Of a DNA stretch of 64,000 nucleotides, positions 36,147-45,288 are shown in pieces. The first letter of the stretch is position 1, and every line of letters starts with the position of its first letter. The stretch is from an uncultured delta proteobacterium. Lineage in GTDB: Bacteria > Desulfobacterota > Syntrophia > Syntrophales > CAMTWB01. A model generated the notes under the pieces. That model did no database searches, was not told the origin of the DNA, and saw only the letters and a list, made by a program, of their open reading frames with translations. The DNA is taken from positions 7,689-71,688 of the forward strand of contig CAMTWB010000026.1 in the NCBI GenBank assembly GCA_947085375.1, in the 5' to 3' direction. The position numbers and the translations under genes were made by a program.

Positions 36147-36434
36147 ATGCCCGATCAAGAAAAAAAAATCCGGCTTGCTGCCGCGATTAAATACGACCCG
36201 GAAAAACAACGGGCGCCGATCATCACCGCCAAGGGGCTGGGAGTGGTTGCCGAGAAAATAATCGAACTGGCCCAGGCTCATGACATTCCGATAAAGAACG
36301 ACCCGGCCTTGATCCAGGCCCTGTCAAAATTGAACATCGACGAGGAGATTCCCGTGGGACTCTATCTGGCAGTAGCCGAAATTCTTGCCTTTGTTTATCA
36401 GTTAAACGAACAGAAAAGAACTTTCCCCAGGTAG
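36147..36434 (+). CDS. stand-alone FlhB C-terminal-domain homologue (FhlB-domain protein)
   Basis: AAAIKYDPEKQRAPIITAKGLGVVAEKIIELAQAHDIPIKNDPALIQAL...IPVGLYLAVAEILAFVY parallels FlhB residues after the NPTH site (compare 26133..27227). Confidence 0.85.
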   Translation: MPDQEKKIRLAAAIKYDPEKQRAPIITAKGLGVVAEKIIELAQAHDIPIKNDPALIQALSKLNIDEEIPVGLYLAVAEILAFVYQLNEQKRTFPR

Positions 36435-36629
36435 CCTAGGGGAAATCTTTTCCTCCGGTTCAAGCAATATTTACCCACTTCTGTTTTTTCAATCGCCTGC
36501 GGGACTAGCCCCAGGACGGCGAAAACGTCAGCCCGTCGCCCCGTAACCTAAGCTAAGATTAGATATTAAGGTGATGCGCCGCTAGGGAAGCGCAGTCCGC
36601 CGGAATATGAAAATTTGGCCCATCGTCTC

Positions 36630-36645
36630 TGGCATAGGCATTGCA
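36630..36645 (+). promoter_or_regulatory. sigma-54-type promoter candidate upstream of flgF
   Basis: TGGCAT-AGGCA-TTGCA matches TGGCAC-N5-TTGCW with exact GG-N10-GC spacing, about 30 nt upstream of the flgF start. Confidence 0.55.
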
Positions 36646-36676
36646 GTGCAGGGTTTCAAAGGAAATGGAGACCGTT

Positions 36677-37396
36677 ATGGAGATCAATAATTTATATAAC
36701 CTGGTGGCGGCAAGCGACAGAAATTTGATCGCCTTGGACATTAACGCCAACAACATCGCCAATGCCAGCACACCCGGATACAAAGCGGATCGCGCTTTTT
36801 TTGTTCCGCAGCCGCAAGGCGCACGAAAAGGCTCTGCTACGACCAGCGCTTTTGACAGCATCAGGATAGTTGATTTCACTGCCGGAAGCCTCCAGCGAAC
36901 CGGGAATTTGCTTGATTTGGCAATTGAGGGCAGGGGTTTTTTTAGCATCCAAGGCACGGATGGCGAGTATTATACCAAAAAAGGCAATTTCACCCTGGAT
37001 AAAGACCGTCGTCTGGTAACTATGGGCGGGCTTGCGGTAATGGGTGAAAATGGCAGTATTAAGCTTCCACCGGGGCGCGTTGAGATAGGCCAGGAGGGAG
37101 AGATTACTGTAGCTGGCGCCGTGATTGCGCGATTGAAAATCAGCGCCTTTGCCGATGAATCAAAATTAATTAAAATCGGAGACAGCAATTTTCGAGCGAC
37201 GGAAGCTAATTTGGCCCTCAAGGCCGAGAATGTAAAAGTGCATTCCGGGTACCTGGAGATGGCCAATGTGGCAGTGATGAAGGAAATGGTGGAGATGATT
37301 GCATTGCACAGAAGGATGGAACTTTTCCAGAAAGCGGCCCAAACCATCGCCGATCTGGATAAAAATGCAACCAATCGCATCGGCAGATTGGCATAG
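36677..37396 (+). CDS. flgF: flagellar proximal rod protein FlgF
   Basis: ALDINANNIANASTPGYKAD N-terminus, C-terminal YLEMANVAVMKEMVEMIALHRRMELFQKA. ATG 36677 lies 6 nt after GGAG; ATG 36665 is an alternative. Confidence 0.85.
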   Translation: MEINNLYNLVAASDRNLIALDINANNIANASTPGYKADRAFFVPQPQGARKGSATTSAFDSIRIVDFTAGSLQRTGNLLDLAIEGRGFFSIQGTDGEYYTKKGNFTLDKDRRLVTMGGLAVMGENGSIKLPPGRVEIGQEGEITVAGAVIARLKISAFADESKLIKIGDSNFRATEANLALKAENVKVHSGYLEMANVAVMKEMVEMIALHRRMELFQKAAQTIADLDKNATNRIGRLA

Positions 37397-37405
37397 GAGG
37401 ATGAA

Positions 37406-38188
37406 ATGATTAGAGCCCTTTGGACCGCGGCAACCGGAATGGAAGCGCAGCAGGTGGATCAGGATGTAGTGGCCAACAATCTGGCCAATGTAAATACTAT
37501 CGGTTTTAAAAGGTCCCGTGCCGATTTTCAGGACCTGATGTATCAGGTGGAACGGAAAGCCGGATCTGAGACCACCGGAGGGGCACAGTTGCCAGTTGGC
37601 GTCGAGATCGGCATGGGGACGAGGCTCGTTGCCACCCAGAAGCTTTTCACCCAGGGAGATTATCAGCAGACGGGCAATCAGTTCGATATGGCCATCGAAG
37701 GTGATGGTTTCTTCCAGATTGACGACCGGGGACGCACCCTCTACACCCGGGCTGGCAACTTCAAGGTTAATCGCGACGGGGTTCTGACCAATTCGGAAGG
37801 CCTGCGCCTGCAGCCGGAGGTAAGCATTCCTCAGGGGACGGTAGTTTTCACCGTGGATAGCGGTGGCACCTGGACTGCATCGGATCGGACCGGCAATCCG
37901 CTTGCTACTGGGCGGCTGGAGTTGGCGACATTCGTCAATCCTTCCGGGTTGGCCAGCCTGGGGAGGAATCTCTATGATGTAACGTCGGCATCAGGCGATC
38001 CAATTACCGGCCCTCCCGGTGAAGGCGCGATGGGTACCATAACGCAGCATTTTCTCGAGATGTCCAACGTAAACGTAATCGAGGAGATGGTCCGCATGAT
38101 TGTTGGCCAGCGGGCCTATGAAATAAATTCTAAAGCGATCCAGACCGCCGATGGAATGCTGCAGATCATTGCCAATTTGAAGAGATGA
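37406..38188 (+). CDS. flgG: flagellar distal rod protein FlgG
   Basis: MIRALWTAATGMEAQQ...ANNLANVNTIGFKRSRADFQDL and the C-terminal LEMSNVNVIEEMVRMIVGQRAYEINSKAIQTAD. Confidence 0.95.
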   Translation: MIRALWTAATGMEAQQVDQDVVANNLANVNTIGFKRSRADFQDLMYQVERKAGSETTGGAQLPVGVEIGMGTRLVATQKLFTQGDYQQTGNQFDMAIEGDGFFQIDDRGRTLYTRAGNFKVNRDGVLTNSEGLRLQPEVSIPQGTVVFTVDSGGTWTASDRTGNPLATGRLELATFVNPSGLASLGRNLYDVTSASGDPITGPPGEGAMGTITQHFLEMSNVNVIEEMVRMIVGQRAYEINSKAIQTADGMLQIIANLKR

Positions 38189-38216
38189 ACGATTAGCCAA
38201 GTAAAGAGGTTTTAAT

Positions 38217-38942
38217 ATGAAATGCCTGATTATAGCTTTCCTTGGTTTCTTGCTAGTCACTGGGGCGTCTTCTTCTGGCGCCATGACCGGGACGGTCGTA
38301 AAGGCCGAGATGATACAGTCCGCCATCGCCGATTATGTTCATCGCCTGGCCCCGCTAGAGCCTGCAGCCATTAGGATTGAATATACCGCCCGGATGAACG
38401 ACATCACATTACCGCTGCCGCTAAAAAACCTAAACGATCTTGAGTTTCAAGTATCCAGCACCGCTGATACTTTTATCGGCAACATGACCTTTTTGGTAAA
38501 GATCAGTCATCTGGGCAGGTTGATTCGTGAAGAACGGGTCACGGCCCGGCTGGAACAATTGCAGGAAGTGGTAGTCACCAATCGCGCCTTGCCGAAGGAT
38601 GCAGTAATCACTGAGGCGGACGTAAAAATTGTTCAAAAGTGGGTACGCCGGCAACCCACCGGCCAGTTGGACAATGTCCAGGAGGCTATCGGCAAAAGAG
38701 TGATTGCCAGCATCAGGGCCAACACGGAGTTAAGATCAAGCCTTCTTGCGGAGCAGGTAATAGTAAAAAAAGGGCGAAACGTCAGAATTGTTCTCCATGC
38801 CGGCCCAATGCTAATCTCGGCGGTCGGGCTATCCGAGCAGGATGGGACTATGGGGGAAATAATAAAGGTCAAAAACATCTCCTCCAGTCGCATTATATTT
38901 GCCCGAGTTATCAATGACTCACTAGTACAGGTGGATTTTTGA
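38217..38942 (+). CDS. flgA: flagellar P-ring chaperone FlgA
   Basis: Signal peptide. C-terminal SAF/FlgA pattern VKKGRNVRIVLHAGPMLISAVGLSEQDGTMGEIIKVKN. Confidence 0.85.
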   Translation: MKCLIIAFLGFLLVTGASSSGAMTGTVVKAEMIQSAIADYVHRLAPLEPAAIRIEYTARMNDITLPLPLKNLNDLEFQVSSTADTFIGNMTFLVKISHLGRLIREERVTARLEQLQEVVVTNRALPKDAVITEADVKIVQKWVRRQPTGQLDNVQEAIGKRVIASIRANTELRSSLLAEQVIVKKGRNVRIVLHAGPMLISAVGLSEQDGTMGEIIKVKNISSSRIIFARVINDSLVQVDF

Positions 38943-38951
38943 GGTGGCATT

Positions 38952-39653
38952 ATGAAAAATAGAGCGCAGATATTACTTATATTATTGGGGTTCTTTCTTT
39001 TCACCGCCGGCTGCACCAGTAAATCGGAGATGATGGAGATGATGAAGAGCGAATTTAAACCTTACCCCGTCACCAAGCGGACCCCGCCGCCACCCGGTAC
39101 GATCTGGTCCGGGGAGAATGGCAAAAACATGCTTTTTGCCGACAAGAAGGCCCGTCAGGTCAACGATATTGTAACCATCATTATCAGCGAGTCATCCAAG
39201 GCCGGCAATACAGCAACCACCAATACCGGCCGCACCGGATCGGCAACTGCCGGCATCAGTTCATTGCTGGGGCTGGACAAGTCTCTGATCGATTCCAATA
39301 AAAACCTCAGCCCCAAGATTGAAATCGGCGGCTCCGCCACCAATACCTTGAAGGGCACCGGAAACACCAGCCGAGAGGGAAAGCTTGAGGCCCGGCTTAC
39401 CGCTCGGGTGGTTCAGGTGCTCGATAACGACAATCTGGTAATTGAGGGCCGCAGGCAGCTTTCGGTCAACGCCGAAGATCAGTACATTATTGTAACGGGC
39501 TTAATCCGAACCGAAGACATTACCGCCGAGAACACTATCGCCTCCCAACATATCGCCGATGCGCGGATAATATATACTGGTGAAGGGGTGATAAACGATA
39601 AGATGAGACCAGGCTGGCTGACTCGCGCCCTCGACTGGGTCTGGCCCTTTTAA
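38952..39653 (+). CDS. flgH: flagellar L-ring lipoprotein FlgH
   Basis: Lipobox FTAGC. LFADKKARQVNDIVTIIISE and NLVIEGRRQLSVNAEDQYIIVTGLIR are FlgH signatures. Confidence 0.9.
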   Translation: MKNRAQILLILLGFFLFTAGCTSKSEMMEMMKSEFKPYPVTKRTPPPPGTIWSGENGKNMLFADKKARQVNDIVTIIISESSKAGNTATTNTGRTGSATAGISSLLGLDKSLIDSNKNLSPKIEIGGSATNTLKGTGNTSREGKLEARLTARVVQVLDNDNLVIEGRRQLSVNAEDQYIIVTGLIRTEDITAENTIASQHIADARIIYTGEGVINDKMRPGWLTRALDWVWPF

Positions 39654-39668
39654 AAGGAGGGAGTTGCT

Positions 39669-40835
39669 ATGACGAATCGGGTATCATTATTTTCCGCTAT
39701 CATTGCAGTTGCGCTGGCTCTTACCGCAGCCCTAGCCGAAGGCGCCCGGATCAAGGATATTGCCAGTATCGGCGGGGTAAGAGAAAACCAGCTTATAGGG
39801 TATGGTTTGGTGGTGGGTCTTGCGGGAACCGGTGATGACATCAAAAATGGCTTTACCCGAGAATCACTGGCCAATATGCTTTCCCGGCAGGGCCTGGCCA
39901 TGAAGGATAAAGTCATCAAATCGGAAAATATTGCCGCAGTGATGATTACCGCATCACTGCCGCCTTTTGCTAAGATCGGCAGTAAAATTGATGTGCTCGT
40001 TTCGTCTATTGGCAATGCCAAGAGTCTGCTGGGTGGGACCTTGCTGATGTCGCCCCTGCGCGGAGCGGATGGCGAGGTTTATGCCGTCGCCCAAGGGGCG
40101 GTAACCATCGGTGGGTTCAGCGCCGCAGGAGGGGGGGGAGGAGGGGTTACAAAAAATCATACCAGTGTAGGCCGAATCGTCAACGGCGCCTCCATCGAAC
40201 GGGAATTGATCCATGATTTTGAGCAAACCAGAACCTTAACGATCAATCTTTTTCAGCCGGATTTCACCACCGCCAATCGTCTCGGACAGGTTTTAGCGGA
40301 ACGAATCAAAGATATTGAAACTAAAACCATTGATTCCTCTACAATCGTAGTTAAAATGGGTGATTTCTTTTCCGGCAACGCGATCCGACTTGTTTCGTTG
40401 ATTGAAAATATCGATGTTCCCGTTGATAATGCCGCAGTTGTTGTATTAAATGAAAAAACCGGCACGGTGGTAATGGGGGAAAATGTCCGTATCTCAACCG
40501 TTGCTATTGCTCACGGTAACTTGAGCATCCAGATCAAGGAAGAAGCCCGGGTGTCCCAGCCCCTTCCGTTTGCCCCTAGACCCACTGGTGAGCCACCGGT
40601 TGCCGGACCGGGCGGGGTGATTGTCGCCCCCGGCGGCCAGACCGTAGTGACCAAGGATACGGCCGTCACGGTGGACGAGGGTAAACAGCAGTTGTTGCTG
40701 GTTCCCCAGGGGGTAAGCATACAGGAAGTGGTGAAGGCATTGAATGCCATTGGCGTCAGTCCCAGGGATCTTATCACCATACTCCAGACCATTAAGGCGG
40801 CGGGCGCCATGCAGGCGGATTTGAGGATTATTTGA
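39669..40835 (+). CDS. flgI: flagellar P-ring protein FlgI
   Basis: RIKDIASIGGVRENQLIGYGLVVGLAGTGD and the C-terminal LNAIGVSPRDLITILQTIKAAGAMQADL. Confidence 0.95.
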   Translation: MTNRVSLFSAIIAVALALTAALAEGARIKDIASIGGVRENQLIGYGLVVGLAGTGDDIKNGFTRESLANMLSRQGLAMKDKVIKSENIAAVMITASLPPFAKIGSKIDVLVSSIGNAKSLLGGTLLMSPLRGADGEVYAVAQGAVTIGGFSAAGGGGGGVTKNHTSVGRIVNGASIERELIHDFEQTRTLTINLFQPDFTTANRLGQVLAERIKDIETKTIDSSTIVVKMGDFFSGNAIRLVSLIENIDVPVDNAAVVVLNEKTGTVVMGENVRISTVAIAHGNLSIQIKEEARVSQPLPFAPRPTGEPPVAGPGGVIVAPGGQTVVTKDTAVTVDEGKQQLLLVPQGVSIQEVVKALNAIGVSPRDLITILQTIKAAGAMQADLRII

Positions 40836-40848
40836 CATTGAGGGAAAA

Positions 40849-41205
40849 ATGATGAACACAATAAACCGGCTAGACTTGCAACTTCCCCAGATCGCTGATT
40901 ACGGCAAAGCAGCCGGCAGTACGGGAGGGCAGGGCCGCAACGAGGAACTCTTAGCGGCCTGCCAGGAATTCGAAGCGATTTTTGTCTTTCAGTTGTTCAA
41001 GGCGATGAGGAAAACAGCTCCGGAAATAGGTGCGATTAAGATACCAGGCCGCAGCACTTTTGACATGATGATGGATCAGAAGCTATCTCAGGACCTCGCA
41101 AAAAAGGGCGGCGGAATTGGACTGGGCCGGCTGTTGTACGAAAAACTTTCCCAGGAGAGTAAAAACAGCACCAAGATTAAAGATAATTACGAAATTGCCG
41201 ATTAG
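40849..41205 (+). CDS. flgJ: rod-binding protein (FlgJ N-terminal domain only)
   Basis: 118 aa with CQEFEAIFVFQLFKAMRKT, typical of the FlgJ rod-binding domain. No glucosaminidase or peptidase domain. Confidence 0.8.
   Translation: MMNTINRLDLQLPQIADYGKAAGSTGGQGRNEELLAACQEFEAIFVFQLFKAMRKTAPEIGAIKIPGRSTFDMMMDQKLSQDLAKKGGGIGLGRLLYEKLSQESKNSTKIKDNYEIAD
41178..41204 (+). promoter_or_regulatory. sigma-28 promoter candidate for flgM (inside the 3' end of the flgJ-like gene)
   Basis: TAAAGATA-N11-GCCGATTA compared with TAAAGTTT-N11-GCCGATAA, 31 nt upstream of the flgM ATG. Confidence 0.6.
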
Positions 41206-41234
41206 TGTGATAAGAATCCCCGTGAGGTGAAAAA

Positions 41235-41540
41235 ATGAAAATTTCCCAATACACCGACAAGATGGCCCAGACAGTTCAACAATACCAGAAGGTTGAGCAG
41301 GCGCCGGTTGATGCGGCCAAAAGGGTCAATGGGGCGCCAACTCCCCAAGAGCAGGTCGAACTTTCCACTAAGGCAAAGGAAATCCAGCAAATTAAAGGCA
41401 TCCTGACTGGTCTGCCTGAAATTCGTGAAGACAAGGTCCAAGACCTCAAAGCACAGATTTCCGCCGGAACCTATCGGCCGGATGTTGGGAAAATTGCCGA
41501 CAGGATGGTGGGGGAATCGCTGCTCGATATCTTTGCCTGA
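41235..41540 (+). CDS. flgM: anti-sigma-28 factor FlgM
   Basis: 101 aa. C-terminal REDKVQDLKAQISAGTYRPDVGKIADRMV is the FlgM signature. Confidence 0.85.
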   Translation: MKISQYTDKMAQTVQQYQKVEQAPVDAAKRVNGAPTPQEQVELSTKAKEIQQIKGILTGLPEIREDKVQDLKAQISAGTYRPDVGKIADRMVGESLLDIFA

Positions 41541-41639
41541 TTCCGGGTTCAATTCCCCCTTTTATAGCTGCTAAGCACAGTTACTCCGACAAATATTCTT
41601 TATGCTGCGGCACCAGATGGACCTGTCGATTGCTATAGT

Positions 41640-41820
41640 TTAAGCAAATCTCCCCTAACCCCTCATTCCCAAAGAGGGGGACAATTTGGATGGTTAATTT
41701 TCAGGAAGAGGACAATTGTAAGGCTGGTTTTACCCCCCCTTTACCAAAGGGGGGCAGGGGGATTGGTTTTACCCCCCCTTTACCAACGGGGGGCAGGGGG
41801 GATTTGGTGAATTGTCGCAG
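41640..41820 (+). repeat. G-box hairpin repeat cluster (R-related modules)
   Basis: AAATCTCCCCTAACCCCTC...GAGGGGG, then two tandem CCCCCCCTTTACCAA(A/C)GGGGGGCAGGGGG modules. Confidence 0.7.
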
Positions 41821-41844
41821 TGGCCGTACTTACGGGGAATCTAA

Positions 41845-42378
41845 ATGCAAACGGAAAATCTCGGTAATCCAGTCCTAGAACAACTTTGTGATTCCCTCTT
41901 GACCATGCTGGAGAGGGAAATTCCTCTGCATCAGGAGCTCCACGCGGCGCTTAAATTCGAACGTGAGACGCTCATCCGCCCATCCATCGAATCATTAAAT
42001 GAAACAAACAGCCGCAAGGAGACCTGCCTTTTGAAATTGCGGATTATCGAAGAGGCCAGGATGGGAATCATTCGCAAGATAGCGGCCCGGCTGGGACTTC
42101 CGGAACGGGAGGTCAATATTTCTCGGCTGGGCCCATTACTTGACGAAAGAAGGAAGTTGGCCTTAAGCACAGTACAAGATCGGCTGCAAAACCTCCTGGA
42201 AGATATTTCGTCATTGAACCGGACCAATAAGAGTGCAATTGAGGCCTCAATCAACCACGTCCAGGGCGCACTGTCTTTGCTGGGTAATCTTCTTTCCAAC
42301 GGCGCTGCTGGCTACTCGCCCAACGGTTTGTTTGGCGGGCCGCAAATGTCGGGACAGGTTATTGAGACAAGGGGTTAG
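41845..42378 (+). CDS. flgN: flagellar chaperone FlgN family protein
   Basis: 177 aa helical protein located between flgM and flgK. N-terminal LLTMLEREIPLHQELHAALKFERETL fits the FlgN pattern. Confidence 0.7.
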   Translation: MQTENLGNPVLEQLCDSLLTMLEREIPLHQELHAALKFERETLIRPSIESLNETNSRKETCLLKLRIIEEARMGIIRKIAARLGLPEREVNISRLGPLLDERRKLALSTVQDRLQNLLEDISSLNRTNKSAIEASINHVQGALSLLGNLLSNGAAGYSPNGLFGGPQMSGQVIETRG

Positions 42379-42387
42379 GAGACAGTT

Positions 42388-43743
42388 ATGATTAACCTCC
42401 TTAACATCTCCAAAAATGCGTTGGCGGCTCATCAGTTTTCGCTGGGGGTCACCAGTTCCAACATTGCCAATGTCAACACGCCAGGCTACAGCCGGCAACG
42501 GCCGGAGTTAAGAACGCTGGGGACCACTGATGTAAAGGCCGGTAACATTACCTTGAGCGTTAACGTAACCGAAGTCCGCAGAATATACGATAATCACCTG
42601 GAAAGGCAGGTCATTGGTCAGATCCAGACGGCCGCTTATTCTTCGGAACAAAAATCGCTCTTGGCGCGTCTGGAATCAATCTTTGAGGAAAGCCAGGGGG
42701 GAAAGCTTGCAGATAATCTTAATCGCTTCTGGCAGGCTTGGGATGGCCTGGCGCTTAATCCCGACGGGTGGGTGGAAAGAAGGGCGCTTCTTTCCGAGAC
42801 GGAATCATTGGCACATACCTTTCGAGATTATGATGCTTCATTGCGCGGCTTGACAGCCGATATTCAAGAGAGACTGTCGGATTCGATTAGGAAGGTCAAT
42901 GATCTGTTACCCAAAATAGCCGATTTAAACAGAAGAATCATTGAGGTAGCCAAGGATGATGGCAGCTTAAACAGTCTCAGAGATCAAAGGACTGAGTTGA
43001 TCAAAGAGCTTGCCAGTAAGATGGAAATCGACCATTTCGAAAATGAATGGGGTGCAGCCAACATCTTTCTTGCCAACGGCCAGAACCTGGTCAATAATCA
43101 TGTCAGCGAGTTACTTGTGCTCAATAGTGACAGAACCATAATGATCAGCGGCTATCCCGGCATAATCATCAACGATACGGTCTCCAAAGCTGAAAATGGA
43201 CAGATTTCCGCACAGCTGAGAATTGCAGGCCGGCAAATACCAGAGTACCTGGCAAAACTTGATCAATTGGCGAGGGCGATCACGGAAGCAGTAAACAGCC
43301 AGCACCGACTGGGGTATGATCAAGGCGGAAATGCCGGGGGCAATTTCTTTGTTCCCACGACAACTGCCCGGGGGATGGCTGTCAACATAACTGAGCCCCG
43401 TCGCATAGCCGCCTCGCTCACCGTAGGCAACGATGGCCAAAATGCCCGCAGCATCGCCTTAATTAATGATAAACATGTAATTGATGGCACTGCCACCATC
43501 AATCAATTCTTTGCCAGCCTGGTCGGCCAGGTGGGGCTTGATCTGGCCCGGGCCCAAGGGATGGATGAGCACCGGCAATTGGTTCTCAACAACCTGATGC
43601 AACGCCGGGAAGAATTTTCCGGGGTATCAATCGATGAAGAGATGATGAACCTGATCAAGTTTCAACTGGGATACAACGCGGCGGGCCGTCTGGTGAAAAC
43701 CGCTGATGAACTGCTCGAAACCTTGATCCGGCTGGGTTCTTAG
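42388..43743 (+). CDS. flgK: flagellar hook-associated protein 1 FlgK
   Basis: LGVTSSNIANVNTPGYSRQR N-terminus and C-terminal SGVSIDEEMMNLIKFQLGYNAAGRLV. Confidence 0.9.
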   Translation: MINLLNISKNALAAHQFSLGVTSSNIANVNTPGYSRQRPELRTLGTTDVKAGNITLSVNVTEVRRIYDNHLERQVIGQIQTAAYSSEQKSLLARLESIFEESQGGKLADNLNRFWQAWDGLALNPDGWVERRALLSETESLAHTFRDYDASLRGLTADIQERLSDSIRKVNDLLPKIADLNRRIIEVAKDDGSLNSLRDQRTELIKELASKMEIDHFENEWGAANIFLANGQNLVNNHVSELLVLNSDRTIMISGYPGIIINDTVSKAENGQISAQLRIAGRQIPEYLAKLDQLARAITEAVNSQHRLGYDQGGNAGGNFFVPTTTARGMAVNITEPRRIAASLTVGNDGQNARSIALINDKHVIDGTATINQFFASLVGQVGLDLARAQGMDEHRQLVLNNLMQRREEFSGVSIDEEMMNLIKFQLGYNAAGRLVKTADELLETLIRLGS

Positions 43744-43755
43744 GGAGGAGCTGCC

Positions 43756-44946
43756 ATGCGCGTCACGGAAAATATGCGTTTCCTAAACACGACCTACAAT
43801 CTTGGGAATATCAAGAAGAAACACGAGGCTGTCATCGAGAAGCTCTCAAGTCAGAAAAATATCAATCGTCTTTCCGACAATCCCATTGGCATGACCAGGC
43901 TTCTCGATTTGCGAAAGACCAAGACTTCGCTCGATCAGATCAAAGGCAACATCAATCATGCAAAGGGTTTCCTCAGTATTTCGGAAACAAAGTTGACCGC
44001 GGTCTCCGATTTGCTGATCAGGGCCCAGGAACTGGCCATCGGACAGGCCACCGGCATCGCTACCCAGGAGAGCAGAGCAATTGCCGCCAAAGAGCTGCAG
44101 GAGATAATTTCTGAACTCCTCACCCAGGCCAACGCAACCTTTAATGATAAATATATCTTTGCCGGGTCAAAAAATTCGGCGCCACCATTTTCGCTTGCCG
44201 ATCCCCTGCCTTCCATCTCGGCGGTCACTGCCGGGTCCATGAACCATTTCAACGGTACCGTCAGCGCTCAGGGATCGTTTAGCGGGACTGCTAATAAAAC
44301 ATTTGTCCTGCAGGTCACCGCAGGCGGTGCATTGGCAGATGCAGAATATAAAATTTCCGCCGATGGCGGCCTTACCTGGGGGGGAACCCAGACGGGGCTG
44401 GCCGGCCCGGTAAACCTGGGTGAGGGGATAGAACTAATTTTTACCGCCGGCAATGTCAACGCGGCCCCAAACGATACCTTCATCCTGCAGGCCAAGGCGG
44501 GTGGCTACTATCACGGCAACAAGGCCGACCTTTCGGTTAACCTGGGAAGGGATATTACTTTGAGCTATAATATTTCCGGCGTGGAAGCTCTGGGCGGCCA
44601 GATGCCAGGCGGGGTAGATATTTTCCAGGTTCTTATAGCTTTCAGAGATTCGCTGATAAATAACGACACCAGTGCGATTCAGGCCGCCATAACTGGACTG
44701 AACTCCGGTCAAAATCACATATTGCAGGCCATAGCAACGGTTGGGGCCAAAATGAACCGCCTGGATTTGGCGACCGATCAGGTCGAGGCTTTGGGCTTGG
44801 AAATAGCCAAACTGACGTCCGAAATTGAGGATGCCAATCTGGAAGATTTGATATCCAGATTTACCACGAGCGAATCCGCGCTCAAGGCCTCCTACCAGGT
44901 TGCCGCCCGGGTGGGGAATATCTCTCTGCTCGATTTTTTAAGGTAG
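43756..44946 (+). CDS. flgL: flagellar hook-associated protein 3 FlgL
   Basis: Flagellin-like N-terminus (MRVTENM...) and C-terminus ([38 protein letters not shown]), downstream of flgK. Confidence 0.85.
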   Translation: MRVTENMRFLNTTYNLGNIKKKHEAVIEKLSSQKNINRLSDNPIGMTRLLDLRKTKTSLDQIKGNINHAKGFLSISETKLTAVSDLLIRAQELAIGQATGIATQESRAIAAKELQEIISELLTQANATFNDKYIFAGSKNSAPPFSLADPLPSISAVTAGSMNHFNGTVSAQGSFSGTANKTFVLQVTAGGALADAEYKISADGGLTWGGTQTGLAGPVNLGEGIELIFTAGNVNAAPNDTFILQAKAGGYYHGNKADLSVNLGRDITLSYNISGVEALGGQMPGGVDIFQVLIAFRDSLINNDTSAIQAAITGLNSGQNHILQAIATVGAKMNRLDLATDQVEALGLEIAKLTSEIEDANLEDLISRFTTSESALKASYQVAARVGNISLLDFLR

Positions 44947-45028
44947 GATTCCTTTATATTTTGTATTCGCGCCCGGACGCAACGAAGCGCGTTATTCCGA
45001 AAGCAATCCCAAATTCCGTGAGTTTGCT

Positions 45029-45277
45029 ATGCTGATCCTGACTAGAAAACTAGGCGAATCAATTACGATAGGCAGCGAAGTCAAGGTCACAATACTGGGG
45101 ATAAAAGGCAATAACATCAGGCTGGGAATAGTCGCTCCGCCGGAGTTGGCAGTGCACCGGGAAGAAATATACCGGCTCATTCAGGAGCAAAACATCGCCT
45201 CCGCGCGCAATGTACGCAATGTAGCGGCGAAAGTTCACTCCCTGGGTAAGCTCTGGCAAAACATGAAAGAAGGCTAA
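45029..45277 (+). CDS. csrA: carbon storage regulator CsrA (flagellar type)
   Basis: [48 protein letters not shown]. Confidence 0.95.
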   Translation: MLILTRKLGESITIGSEVKVTILGIKGNNIRLGIVAPPELAVHREEIYRLIQEQNIASARNVRNVAAKVHSLGKLWQNMKEG

Positions 45278-45288
45278 AGGAGGCTCGC

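Noticed and set aside
41573-41594. Sigma-28-like string TAAGCACAGTTACTCCGACAAA between flgM and flgN.
   Set aside because: The distance between the TAAG and CCGACAAA parts is about 6 nt too short for a sigma-28 promoter.
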